A stretch of DNA of 64,000 nt from Octopus sinensis. Taxonomy: Eukaryota. Below the pieces are notes generated by a model, which was not told the origin of the DNA, ran no database searches, and saw only the letters and a list, made by a program, of their open reading frames with translations. Shown one piece after another: positions 11,883 through 23,808 of this stretch. Numbering within the stretch: the stretch's first letter is position 1; every line of letters starts with the position of its first letter. The translations under genes and the position numbers were made by a program. The stretch spans positions 31,620,001 to 31,684,000 of the forward strand of contig NC_043003.1 of the NCBI RefSeq assembly GCF_006345805.1. The letters run 5' to 3'.

Positions 11883-12355
11883 TATAGAAATCATTTATTG
11901 TTACATCTGATCTGATGACGTAAGGTAATAGGTAATTACACTTAGTGCTCAGGCTGACTTGCTGCTTAAATCCCCCACTTGAACTTAATTAGGGACGTTA
12001 TAGCTGTCTACTGAGCATTAGCTAGATGTAACGTTTCAACAGAATAAATGATTAAACAGGCAAACGATTGCTATTAGGTCAGACTAGGATATTTATATAT
12101 TTAAACACCACAAAGTAGATCCGTTAAAATTTAACAATAAATTATTGGTTCATTAAATGTTCCAGTAAAAATATACGTATGGATTTAAAGAATTCTATAT
12201 GTATTAGACAAGTCTAAATATTTGGTCTTATATCAAATAAATTCATGTGTATAACAAATCTGGAATTACCGCACTGTTTTCAGATATTGTTGGATAAAAT
12301 CTAATGACATTCTGTATTCCAGTACCGTAAACGAAATATTTTTAACCAGTAATTT
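10767..12355. mobile_element. Fold-back/MITE-like element with ~250 bp TIRs and nested insertions
   Basis: 10767-11017 is an imperfect reverse complement of 12109-12355 (e.g. atccatacgtatatttttactggaacatttaatgaa / ttcattaaatgttccagtaaaaatatacgtatggat). Confidence 0.85.
11575..11785 (-). mobile_element. ~200 bp non-autonomous retroelement with minimal hammerhead-like motif (copy 1)
   Basis: minus strand CTGTAGA-A-GAGC-GTAG-GCTC-GAAAC-GTA; closely matches 52448-52650 and more distantly 58764-58945. Confidence 0.75.
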
Positions 12356-12489
12356 AAACATCGACACCGATGCTGGATGAGAAAGAAGGTTGAATGGAAG
12401 GAGAAGTTGGAAAGTCTGTTACATTTGCTTCAGAATAGATTCGCAGATGTGGTATTTCCATGCAATAGGGAGGCAGCCACCATTTTCTC

Positions 12490-12605
12490 TTTCGCCCTTT
12501 TCAAACCTAGCCAGGCTCATGGGACCGGTTTCCCTGTTTCTGTGGCGTATGTGTTGCCTCCAGCTGAACGGGACGCCAGTCCATCGCAGCGTTACTCAAG
12601 AAACA

Positions 12606-12658
<53 letters not shown>

Positions 12659-12827
12659 TTGTGGCGAAAGAGTACAACAGTGGGGTTATCACCACCCCCT
12701 GCCGGAATTTTGTGGAGCTTTTAGGTGTTTTCGCTCAATAAACACACAGAACGCCCGGTCTGGAAATCGAAACCGCGATCCTCCGACCGTGTGTTCACTG
12801 CCCTAACCACTGGGTCATTGCACCTCC
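12490..12827 (-). mobile_element. SINE family C with internal (GA)n and a GCGATGGACTGGCGTCCCGT-type central domain
   Basis: head ggaggtgcaatgacccagtggttagggc...ggtttcgatttcc matches 21939; central motif shared with 13030-13110. Confidence 0.8.
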
Positions 12828-13014
12828 ATAGTCAACATTTTACTTGTGGTTTATTCCATTATTGGACGAAGAATGGGATAGATCTATAATAGGAAGAATA
12901 GTGTTGAGATGTATACAGAAGTGAGCTTAAAAGAAAATGGAAACTAAGACATACACACACACACTGCCACATACACACGCGCACGGGCACATTATGTACG
13001 TATAAATGTTCCTT

Positions 13015-13250
13015 CCTGAGTTATATAGTCATATAGGACCGGTTTCCCCGCTTCTATAGCTGAAATGTTCTCCACCTGGACGTGACGCCTGTCTGTCGCA
13101 GGAGTACTACTTTTTTCCAGTTAAGTGGATTGGAGCAACGTGAAATGAAGTCTTCTGCTTAAGAGCACAACGCGATGTCAGGTTCAGGAATTGAAACCAC
13201 AATCTTACAATCATGAGTTCAACACAATAATCACTAAGCCACATGCCTCC
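13015..13250 (-). mobile_element. tRNA-derived SINE, family D-like
   Basis: reverse complement ggaggcatgtggcttagtg...ggtttcaattcc...tttcacgttgctcca; tttcacgttgctcc shared with 36703 and 46906 copies. Confidence 0.75.
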
Positions 13251-13939
13251 ATGTATCCATGTATAAGCACAAAAAATCGGATGGTAAGCCTTATAATTCC
13301 CTATGTGCCATTCTTATTAAGCGAAAGAAAAATTTCATTAATTCACAATAACATGAATTCTAACAGTCACAAGGCTTCAAGCTTTGTCGCTGTGCAGTCA
13401 ATTATATGCAACAAAGTACAGGATTGCAGCATTATGTCATCAAACATGGAAGGGGAGAAAAATAATTTAACCACATCGGAATTTGAACTAAGAACATAGT
13501 AGGTGGTAAATAAACACAAGGCAGTTTGTTCGATGTTCTAGCGATTCTGTTTGCCCACCGTTATTGCTAAGATATACTTTTGTCAAAATATGCATAATAT
13601 CTTCTTCTTCTTGAGAGATTATAGTTTCCAATTATTTAAATTCAGTGAAACCTTGCGACCGCTTCACATAATCATTGTGATATATTGATTGCGTCACATA
13701 TTCTACCGAGTTATAAATTAATTTGCCGAATGAATCTGTTCAAATTAAGTTCTATTGAGAATCTTTACAATATATAGATTTTATTACAAGTCATCGAAAT
13801 ATCACAAACATTTCTATCCTAGCTATATTATGCGTTGATTGAATCACGAAATAATGAGTGAATGAATCATATACATACATACATACACACATACATGCAT
13901 AGATACATATAAATATGTGAACGTATATATGAATATATG

Positions 13940-13988
<49 letters not shown>

Positions 13989-15498
13989 CATGCATACATA
14001 CATACATGTATATACAAATGAAATTGCCATTCAATCTAGTAATGATCAGTTCCCTTTTTTTGTTATTTGAAGCATTCTGACATGATATATTGATGGAAGC
14101 AAATTTAAATAAAGCTTATAGGAGGCGTAAGATATGTACAGAAAGTGAGTGAGTGCGTGATTGGGTGAGTGAGTGTGTGTGTCATAGAGAGAGAGAGAGA
14201 GAGAGAGAGAGGCAAAGAAAGGAAGAGTGAAGAAGTGTGAGAGAGGGATACATTAATGCAAAACTGCATTAGAGGGAAAAGAGTGAGTGAGATTGAGCCG
14301 AGAATGTGCTTGATTTCTACGAGTGTTGAGAGAAATGAATAAAAAGGTAATAACATTACACCGAGATAATATAGAAGTTCCATGTTAGTGTTTCTCATTT
14401 AATTTGGGTTGTTGTTTCCACACAATAAAGGCATTAATGTCTGTCTTTCAAAGGAAAAAAAACAAAATAGCGTGATGAAGGTTTTCATTGCTATGTTGCT
14501 ATTCACATTTTTTCCTCAAGAATAGAAATAAATAACAATGAAAAAGGACCAATAAAACAGGCAAAAAGCAAAGGGAACAGTAAACGAAATAAGTCAATTC
14601 ATTTACAGAGGTAAAGAATAGAATATCGCAATAGCATTAATAACAGCAGCAAAAGTAAGATTTTTTTCTATATATGCAACAAACATCTGCAACAAAAGAC
14701 ATAACGAACGTTATTGAAGTTTTGAAGAACCAACATTAAACACATGGTTTGTCGTATTACTGCTCTGAGTTAAAAATCAAGCTTGTTTCGAATTTGGCAT
14801 GTATTTTACCAGTGTTGATAAAATTAGAACAGAAAAAAAATTATATATGTCTCGACAAAACACCATTATTTAGTAATTACGTCGCACGTGATCATAGGTA
14901 TCTATAAAGTGATCAATCATAGGATTTGTTTCAAAAGAGTTGAGGTATGTATTTTGTCTCCGACGGAGGCTAAGCTGTACAAAATCTCAGCACATTAGTA
15001 GTTACAGAATGTGCTGGAGGGCATTAGTAGTTACAGAAACCAGAATATGGTTGGAGAACGTGAAACAGTAATATCCACTAAAGTCACTCAAGTGCAAATT
15101 GTAAAAACCGGGGATAGTTATAGTTAATCAGACTTGAAGTAAGAGATTTTTTCACTCAAAATTGACATATAAAAACGGAATCATCATTTCTGAGAAAATC
15201 GCTTCACCTGGTTTAGTAGAGAAGTTATTCGTGAAATTACGTAATGAAAGACCTGCTTGGGCTTTTATTTGACGTCATTAAAATGATTAAACAATGCAAT
15301 GCAGAATTCTCATTCACTCATCATTGAAGAAACTGGCAAACATTGACTCCACCAACAAAGAATTATAATGGACTTTTAAATGTTATGAATAAAACTAATA
15401 GGGTTTCATTGCAGAAAATTTTAGAATTTTCTAAAACAAAGCCTTTTGACTCAATAATGATTCTATTCGTAGTTTATTTTTGCACTCACTCAATATAT

Positions 15499-15570
<72 letters not shown>

Positions 15571-16071
15571 CTTATTATTATTACTGTTCAGTATTAAGTT
15601 GTTATTTTAACCCCACGCTATCCATGAATGAACAGACTTATGACAAATAGTGTTTCAATAGAGACTAAAAATTGCATATTCAGACACATAATGTCTATGA
15701 GTACATTATCTAATACCTCTCCTTTATCTTTTCAAAGATCTAGTCTGCAATTTGGGGAGATGTGGCTCCTGTTTTTAAAAGATCAAATTACCATATGGAG
15801 GATCATTCCTTTTTATTGTCTCATGCTAGTTCTGTTCGAGCAGACATTTGCAGCACATAAATTCAGTCAAGTGACACGGACCGATCCTTGTGCAAGTATG
15901 GCTCTGAAATAAAGACGTTCATTTGGCAATAACGCTGCTCTGTATCCGATCACAATGTGCGGAACCATGTTTCCTGCTATCACATCAGCTCAACCTATGG
16001 TACCTTTCGGCGGCATTTGGTTGAAGGGGATGTGCAAAAGTTTATATAAGCGTTTTTTTTATTAATGTTCT

Positions 16072-16287
16072 AAGGGGGAGACTTGGTAGAATCGTTAGCA
16101 CGTCGGAGAAAATGCTCAGTGGCAATTCTACCAACTCGTTGCATTCTGAGTTGGAAATTTACGCCTGGGTCGATATTGCCTTTCGTGCCTTCAGTTTTGA
16201 TAAATAAATACTTGTTGAGCACTGGAGTCGGTATAATCGACTTACACTTAGTCTCTAAAATTGCTGGCCTAGTGCCAAACTCTTGAA
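16072..16287 (+). mobile_element. SINE family A
   Basis: ggtagaatcgttagcacg...cactggagtcggtataatcgactt. Confidence 0.85.
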
Positions 16288-17075
16288 ATGTTATGTTTTT
16301 GGGGTATCGATATTGTGTTACGACAATCATGCATAATGGAGGTGTAGAAATGTCTAGTTTTATCAGAGTAAAATGTGACTTTATGTGGTTTTATTAGCAA
16401 CAGCAAATAGCGGTTTTTTGCATTCCCAAGTTTTTACAATTTTTTGATATTTTTCCTTTTGATTTGTTAGATGTAGTATACTAAATCTATGCACATCCTA
16501 ATGATGCTAAGTACGATTTTTTAAATTTTCTTTCAAGCTTTGTAGTTGTATTAATTTATTGAATATGATATACTCTCAATTTTTTTCCGCAATTTCAACA
16601 GAAAAATAATTCCATATTTTAATAGAAGAGCGTTGTTGTTGGCTGGAAGCACAATGATACATAACTGAAATAAATAGTTATGAACGAGAGTTTCTAATAA
16701 TGCAAAAAGGAAAATTTAAGTAGCCGTTAAGCTCTCTGCATTCATTATTTATAATTTTACTTAGCTATTTTAATAATATTGAAATCGATGCTTATTTCTC
16801 AGATCTGTGGTATTGTTGCTTATGTTAATGCTTCAGTCATTGTCACAAGTTTGAATATCATTAAAAATTGCATATGATTCTAAACTACTTGTTCGCTATG
16901 TACCGTCTTTCTAGTTAGTTATTATTTCCCTTTCGTTTTTAATTCTTATATAGTCCCATTTAATATTAGGTGAAGGCGAATGATAGGTTGAAGGGTTGTC
17001 GCCAAAGTGGTGCCAAGTCGTCATCGGCAAGTAAGGTGGAGTCTCCAAGAAATGGTGGATGTAGCACATTCCTCC

Positions 17076-17076
<1 letters not shown>

Positions 17077-17124
<48 letters not shown>

Positions 17125-17140
17125 CACCACCACCACCACC

Positions 17141-17178
<38 letters not shown>
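17077..17178. repeat. Compound trinucleotide repeat (ACT)n(ACC)n(ACT)n
   Basis: directly visible; explains the poly-T/V/L/P ORFs. Confidence 0.97.
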
Positions 17179-18330
17179 AAACGTGTTTTCTGTGTAATTG
17201 CCCTTATATGTATATTTGTTCTTAAGCGTTCATTTCGAAACTAATATCTTATTTATTACATATCTTGTTTCATACCCTTTGTATCAAGGGAATTATGATC
17301 CACAGGTTAGTAGCTAATCTGATTTTATCATTACGCTGAGATTTAAAACCACTTCTTATTTTCAGAATTATTTCTTGTTATTCCATCTAGCTTTGTGATA
17401 TCTAATTATCTACAGAATTCTAAATTATCCCGTTTTTAAATTTTATGTAATAATTGCATCCAATTTCTTAATGTCATTCTATTCCACATTTCTTAATCCA
17501 AAATTGCATTCACATCTCTTACGGAACTTATGAATATTCAGATCTGAAGCTTTTAGTTTATCTTCTGGGTTTGTGTACAGCTTAAAGTCTATCCATGAAG
17601 AAGTGATTTACTTTGTGCTAGCTGTCTTTAATAATATGCCTATCATTTATCATACTTAGCAGCTGTGTTAAAAATATCGTGCATATCGCACGATGCATAC
17701 GTGACAAGCTTTCAACGTCAAATGTTTCGTTATTGATCTCAGCATTTCAAACCTCATTACAATACCATATTAATTTTGTTTCCCATTTCGACCAAATTAA
17801 AATTATTCTCTTTTATCTCAACCGTCATTCTAATCTTTAGTAACAGCGAATCAAGTTAGAAGACAGTTTGACATTTGTATATCACTTTCCATAACAGGAA
17901 TTGGTCCTAGCTTTCTTTTTCAGCATCTTTTGTGCATTCGTTAGCAACTAATACAAAAAGGGAAAATAACTTTAAGAAAATTATTCGTTTTCGATTCATA
18001 GATAAAAGAAAAAGGATATGATCGTATTCTTAATTTATTGAAATTATCCCTTTTTTGTGAGTGGCCATCGAATGTCACTAGCTGTTTCCCTTTCTCCAAT
18101 TAATAATCGGTTGCGTACATGACTTTCTTATTTTTTCCTCTTGCCTAAAATCTCTTGCCTATGAGATAACTCATAATCTATCGAAAATTGTCAAGTGATT
18201 TAGATATATTTTGGTTCTCAATTTATTTTAGTTTGCGTCGAACAAGCCTGGAAAAGATTCTACGCTACAGCGGGTATCAGGTAACTTATTTGGTATTGTT
18301 GTTGTTGTTGTTTAGACCATTAAAATATGA

Positions 18331-18620
18331 CTGAGAATCAAAGTAGCTCTATCTGTGACCATGGAATTTTCCTCTTCCGACACTATATATTGGCCAAAAT
18401 TATTATATATATTTCCGTTTGAAGCTATTAGTTATTAGGTTATTATTTCGAGAAGGTCAGGAGTGACTGTGTGTTCTTAACACAGTTTATTTCCCATCCA
18501 CATGGTTCCAGGTTCTGTCCCACTGAGTGACACCTTGGGCAAGTGTCTTCTACTATAGCGTCGGACCGAATAAAGCTTTTTGGAATTTGGTAGACAGACA
18601 CTGAAAGAAGCCCGTCATAC
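18331..18620 (+). mobile_element. Second copy of the left-TIR + family-B SINE composite
   Basis: atctgtgacc...ttagttattaggttatt...gaaggtcag followed by the SINE head, as at 8663-8945. Confidence 0.75.
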
Positions 18621-18692
18621 ACACACAGAGACACACACACACACACATATATATATCTTTATGTGTATGTGAGTCTTTGTGTCTCTGTTTGT

Positions 18693-18842
18693 TTCCCACC
18701 ATTGCTCGTCAACCGATATTGGTGTGTTTACGTCCCTGTAACTTAGTGGTTCGGCAAAATAGACAGATAAAATATATACTACTCTTTAAGGCGGTACTCC
18801 AGCTTGACCGCAGTCAAGATGACTGAAACAAGTAAAGAAAAA
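18693..18842 (+). mobile_element. SINE 3' portion, family E (...GACTGAAACAAGTAAA tail)
   Basis: reverse complement of 51711-51902; partial copies near 11190 and 56925. Confidence 0.75.
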
Positions 18843-20089
18843 ATTGGCAGCTGTCTATACTTGGATCAAATTGTTTAGATACCCACTGATGTTTGGCGGT
18901 GTCAGATTTTAAATGTACTCTTTTAAATGCATTATTACTATATGAATTAGTAAAAGGAGATTTGCTAGCTTTCATGACTTTGGATCATCCTACACTGGAA
19001 GAAGGATCTCACGATCAGAAAATATACCTAACCTGAATGTCACTAGCAGAGCGGAGTCCAGTCATGCCGATATTTCATTTTAATACAGAGATTGCATCTG
19101 CTGCAGCGTCCTTAAATTTGCTGACATTAGCTATGTTGCTCCAGTTTCTTTTGGAATGGTTTACACTCCTATATTTAAGGTTCCATATATTAAACGAACA
19201 TTTTGCGTGTCTTATGTCCTTATCATTAAACGGATGCTGCATGTATCTTTGCTTGAAAGAAACGGAATTGAAAGAAGTTTTCTTAGGGTAACCGTTTAGT
19301 ATTTCTTCAACAGTTAACTACTATATCATACACACATGCATACATACATACATGCATATATAAAGTAGTTGAATAGCCAATCGTGGCAAGGTAATTTTTA
19401 CAATAGAATGTCTTACATAATTTTTTTATTTATTCGATGTCAGACCATGCCTTCTCCAGAAGATAGGCTTCTTAATCAAGAAAGATTTGTGCAATTTTTC
19501 GCCAAAAACTTCGTTGAAGAGTTTTGTTTTACTTCTTAACCTATTTACATATATGTTGGACCGATTCATATGACTTTATTCAGTAAAACCTCAGACATTC
19601 TTACAACTTTGGTCGTGGTAGTGCTTTGGTTTCGTTTGTGTAATAAAACAATCAGGTAATCACGAGTTTAAAATGGTGTATATTAGACATATGTATGTGT
19701 GTATGTATATATGTATGTATGTACTTATGTGCGTATGTATGTATGTATATATATATGTATGTGTGCGTGTGTGTGTGTGTGTCTTTGTGTGGGAGTGCTT
19801 CTTTGCGATGGACAACAGAAAAAACCACCTACCCCCTCTTTCCATAAAGCTACGTATTCCTCACAGGCACTCTCTCTGCGCGCGTGTGTTGTATCTATGT
19901 ATTTATGAAAGTATGTATGCAACGTTTCGTAAATATTGGTTCACTATGTTAGTCACTAAGATGGTAGCAGACAAACAAAAAGGCATAAATTACCATATAT
20001 GTTTAAGATTATTATTCATAATGACTGCAAGCGTAAAAGCCTTATAGGCAAAATTCATAAGCATATATAAACATGTAAAATAGATTCAT

Positions 20090-20675
20090 ATATAAGTGGT
20101 TGCTAATAAGCACCTCTTTTGCTAAAGATAGGAGTCAAAATCTCCAAATTCACAGAAGAATCACTAAATTAATACAGGCATGGTAGGAAAAATTAAGTGA
20201 ATAAGTAGTGTATCTTACCTCGGCAGAAAGAATGGCAGTTTATCTTATATCATGATTTCGAAATTAGCGCCAAAGGCACTCGATTCTCTTCGTTCAGATT
20301 TACTAGTAACAATCACTGATATTCGCTGCTACCATGCCTGTGTTCGATTGAGTACCCAATCACCATTGAAACAAACGTACTGCATGAGTTATTTATGAAT
20401 ATATATATATATATAAGGACATTATTAGTCATAAAAATATTAATGTTAGTGGCCGCAAGCGTAAAAACCCTACAAACAAAATGAATTTATAAATAATTCA
20501 CATAGTTCGTTTGTTTCAATGGCGCTTGGGTACTCAAATAAACACAGGCAAGATACAATTCTTATTCACATAATTTTTCCTACCATGCCGGATTAATTTA
20601 GTGATTCTTCTGTGGTTTCCGAGTTTTTTGACTGCTATCTTTAGCAAAGCAGGTGTTTGTTAGTATCACATTACA
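20090..20675. repeat. Fold-back element with interrupted arms
   Basis: 20110-20220 and 20335-20400 are reverse complements of 20548-20656 and 20485-20552. Confidence 0.8.
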
Positions 20676-21746
20676 TATATTTTTTATTGTATGCATATTT
20701 ATTAATTTTACACACGCACACGCACAGACACACACACATGCAGCCACAGACATCTACACACAGGCACACAGACAGAAACAAAAACACAGAGAGAGAGAGA
20801 AACACCGACATATACACACACAAACGTTTTATTTATAAAGCTGCAAAAGCATCACATAAACTCTCTTACTCAGAGTTTCACATTCCCGTTCGTCGGACAG
20901 TTTTGGTAGAGAACGGAACAACCAAACAACCAAAACTGTCCAACGATCGGAACGTGAACGTCTGAGTGACAGTTCTTCGTAGCTTTTTTAATAAAGCATA
21001 TTACCCTACCTCCGGTATTTGACTGGTGTATTTTCCACGTTGTTTCACATTTATGTGCTTACTCTGGCATATATATATATATATATATATATATAAGGAC
21101 ATTATTAGTCATAAAAATATTAATGTTAGTGGCCGCAAGCGTAAAAACCCTACAAACAAAATGAATTTATAAATAATTCACATAGTTCGTTTGTTTCAAT
21201 GGCGCTTGGGTACTCAAATAAACACAGGCAAGATACAATTCTTATTCACATAATTTTTCCTACCATGCCGGATTAATTTAGTGATTCTTCTGTGGTTTCC
21301 GAGTTTTTTGACTGCTATCTTTAGCAAAGCAGGTGTTTGTTAGTATCACATTACATATATTTTTTATTGTATGCATATTTATTAATTTTACACACGCACA
21401 CGCACAGACACACACACATGCAGCCACAGACATCTACACACAGGCACACAGACAGAAACAAAAACACAGAGAGAGAGAGAAACACCGACATATACACACA
21501 CAAACGTTTTATTTATAAAGCTGCAAAAGCATCACATAAACTCTCTTACTCAGAGTTTCACATTCCCGTTCGTCGGACAGTTTTGGTAGAGAACGGAACA
21601 ACCAAACAACCAAAACTGTCCAACGATCGGGAACGTGAACGTCTGAGTGACAGTTCTTCGTAGCTTTTTTAATAAAGCATATTACCCTACCTCCGGTATT
21701 TGACTGGTGTATTTTCCACGTTGTTTCACATTTATGTGCTTACTCT

Positions 21747-21751
<5 letters not shown>
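20415..21751. repeat. ~680 bp near-identical tandem duplication bounded by (TA)n
   Basis: aaggacattatt at 20415 and 21095; actctggcat at 21061 and 21742. Confidence 0.95.
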
Positions 21752-21792
<41 letters not shown>

Positions 21793-21904
21793 TTTAGTTA
21801 ATTAATGTTAATGATTTTTTGTCATCTAATATATTAGTTATCTCTAAAATACATATATAATTGAATACATATATGCCTCTGTGTCTGTGTGTGTATATAT
21901 ATAC

Positions 21905-21938
<34 letters not shown>

Positions 21939-21939
<1 letters not shown>

Positions 21940-22265
21940 GAGGCGAAATGGCCCAGTGATTGGAAGAGCAGACTCGCGGTCATGGGATCGCGGTTTTGAT
22001 TCCAAAACCTGGCGTTGTGAGTGTTTATTGAGCGAAAACACCTAGTGCTCAACGAGGCTCCGGCAGGGGTGGTGGCGAAACCTGCTGTACGCTTTCACCA
22101 GTATTTTCTCTCACTTTTTCTTCCTATATTTCAAAGGGCCAGCCTTGTCACACACTGTGTCACACTGAATCTCCCCGAGAACTATTTTAAGGGTACACGT
22201 GTCTATGGAGTTCTTACACGTTAATTTCACGTGCAGGCTATTCCGTGGAGCCCTCCTCGTCGTCG
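21939..22265 (+). mobile_element. SINE family C, long copy
   Basis: ggaggcgaaatggcccagtg...gtttattgagcgaaaacacc; its 3' part is the reverse complement of 33495-33660. Confidence 0.85.
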
Positions 22266-22584
22266 TATGCATACATACAAACATACACACACACACACAC
22301 ACACCCACACATATATATATGTGTGTGTGTTTGTGTGTATGTATGTATGCACATGTGTGTGTGTATGTGAGTGTGTATTGTTGTACTTTCCTGTTTTAGC
22401 GTATTTGTGCGCTTTCACACACACACATTTTTATATTTATATATATGTATATATATATATAGAGAGAGTTCAGCCATGGGCTCTTAAAGAGCCTCCTCGT
22501 TCAAATTGCTTTGCTGCGCCTCTGTTCTGTTTTGTTCTGCCAACGGAATTAATATATATATATATGTATATATATATAAATATA

Positions 22585-23727
22585 GGAATAACAACCGTGT
22601 TTCGTGGTCTGCTACCACAACAGCTCCTTTATAGGATCCAGTTAGCTCAAGACATCATCAGGAGGAACCACGTTCGGTTTCGGCCCCTACTCCTCTACCG
22701 CCTCCTGTACTCTCCTTACTAGTTTACGCAGCTCGAGGCTAGAAAAAACAAATCTTCTTTTGAAAAGCGTTGTCATTTTCTTTTCAATGAAGCCTCTAGT
22801 CCCCACTGCCAGTATCCCTTCCATCTTTCGTCTATCTCGTATACTTTACTTGTAGGCCTGGTTTTATAACCCTTTCTCTCCTTGTGGAAGTATACTTTCC
22901 TGCGCTTTTCTGCTTTTGGGTACTCTCCCCTATTGTACCCCACTATCTTATCCTTGAGTGCTGCGCTTATGACGCCGAGGACTTGATTATGCCGCCATGT
23001 ATATCTTTCAAGTGCTAGTCTGCAACTTGACAGAACATGTCTAACCGTCAATTTCTCTCCGCATCTACACTCGTCGGTGGTTTATATGTTCCACCGGACT
23101 AAGTTCGCCGGTGAGTGTAGAACGTCGAAGGTAGATTTGATCAGGAAGGATGTTCTTGCTTGTTCCCAAGCCCAAAGTTCCTTCCATGATATTCTGCGGT
23201 TGATCACATGTTCCTCCCATCTCAGGCACTGTCCCTGTTGACAGCATTGCACCAAATGTACATTTCGTCTTTTTTCTTCCTCCTTTCTCACTTCGTATAC
23301 CACTGCCTCTTTCATCTCTTTTACACTGCTCTTGCAAAATGGCCTGAGGTTTTGCGACCCTAGGCCGGTTCTAGCTTCTTGCGTCGCTCCGACTATATCT
23401 GCGTGCCTTAGTTTTCCGATCGCCCTGTTTACTGCCTCTTCCGCCTTCCATTTCCTCCCTGTTCGTACCTTTGGAGGGTTTTCCCGGATGCTCTGATCTT
23501 TTGAATACCTTAGCATCATTACTGTCCTTGCCTTTCCTGCCTTATATTCTTCGGCGATTGATGTTATTGGTAGTTGTAGCACGGGTTTTCCATATAGTGC
23601 AGTTGTATTCAGCAGACCAAGCCATTTTCTGATAAACACACTGCATCTTTGCTCCATCCTTTCTACTCTACTCGAGGCTATTTCGTACATTTGCAATGGC
23701 CACATTATTCTTGGGTACAGCCCAAAA
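22585..23727 (-). mobile_element. Non-LTR retrotransposon 3' fragment, REL-type (HERO/NeSL-R2-like), internally deleted
   Basis: WPLQMYEI..RKWLGL..LQLPITSIAEEYK..VRTGRKWKA..RTGLG..ISWKELW..FLIKSTFDVLHSPANL, then HVLSSC..RYTWRHNQVL (zinc-knuckle/RHN region). Confidence 0.85.
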
Positions 23728-23746
23728 CACACACACATACACACAC

Positions 23747-23808
<62 letters not shown>

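Noticed and set aside
16969-17030. AG..GT-bounded plus-strand mini-exon (VKANDRLKGCRQSGAKSSSA)
   Set aside because: No homology or partner exons; such signals are common by chance
17524-17589. 66-nt minus-strand candidate exon (DFKLYTNPEDKLKASDLNIHKF)
   Set aside because: Weak acceptor and no recognisable family
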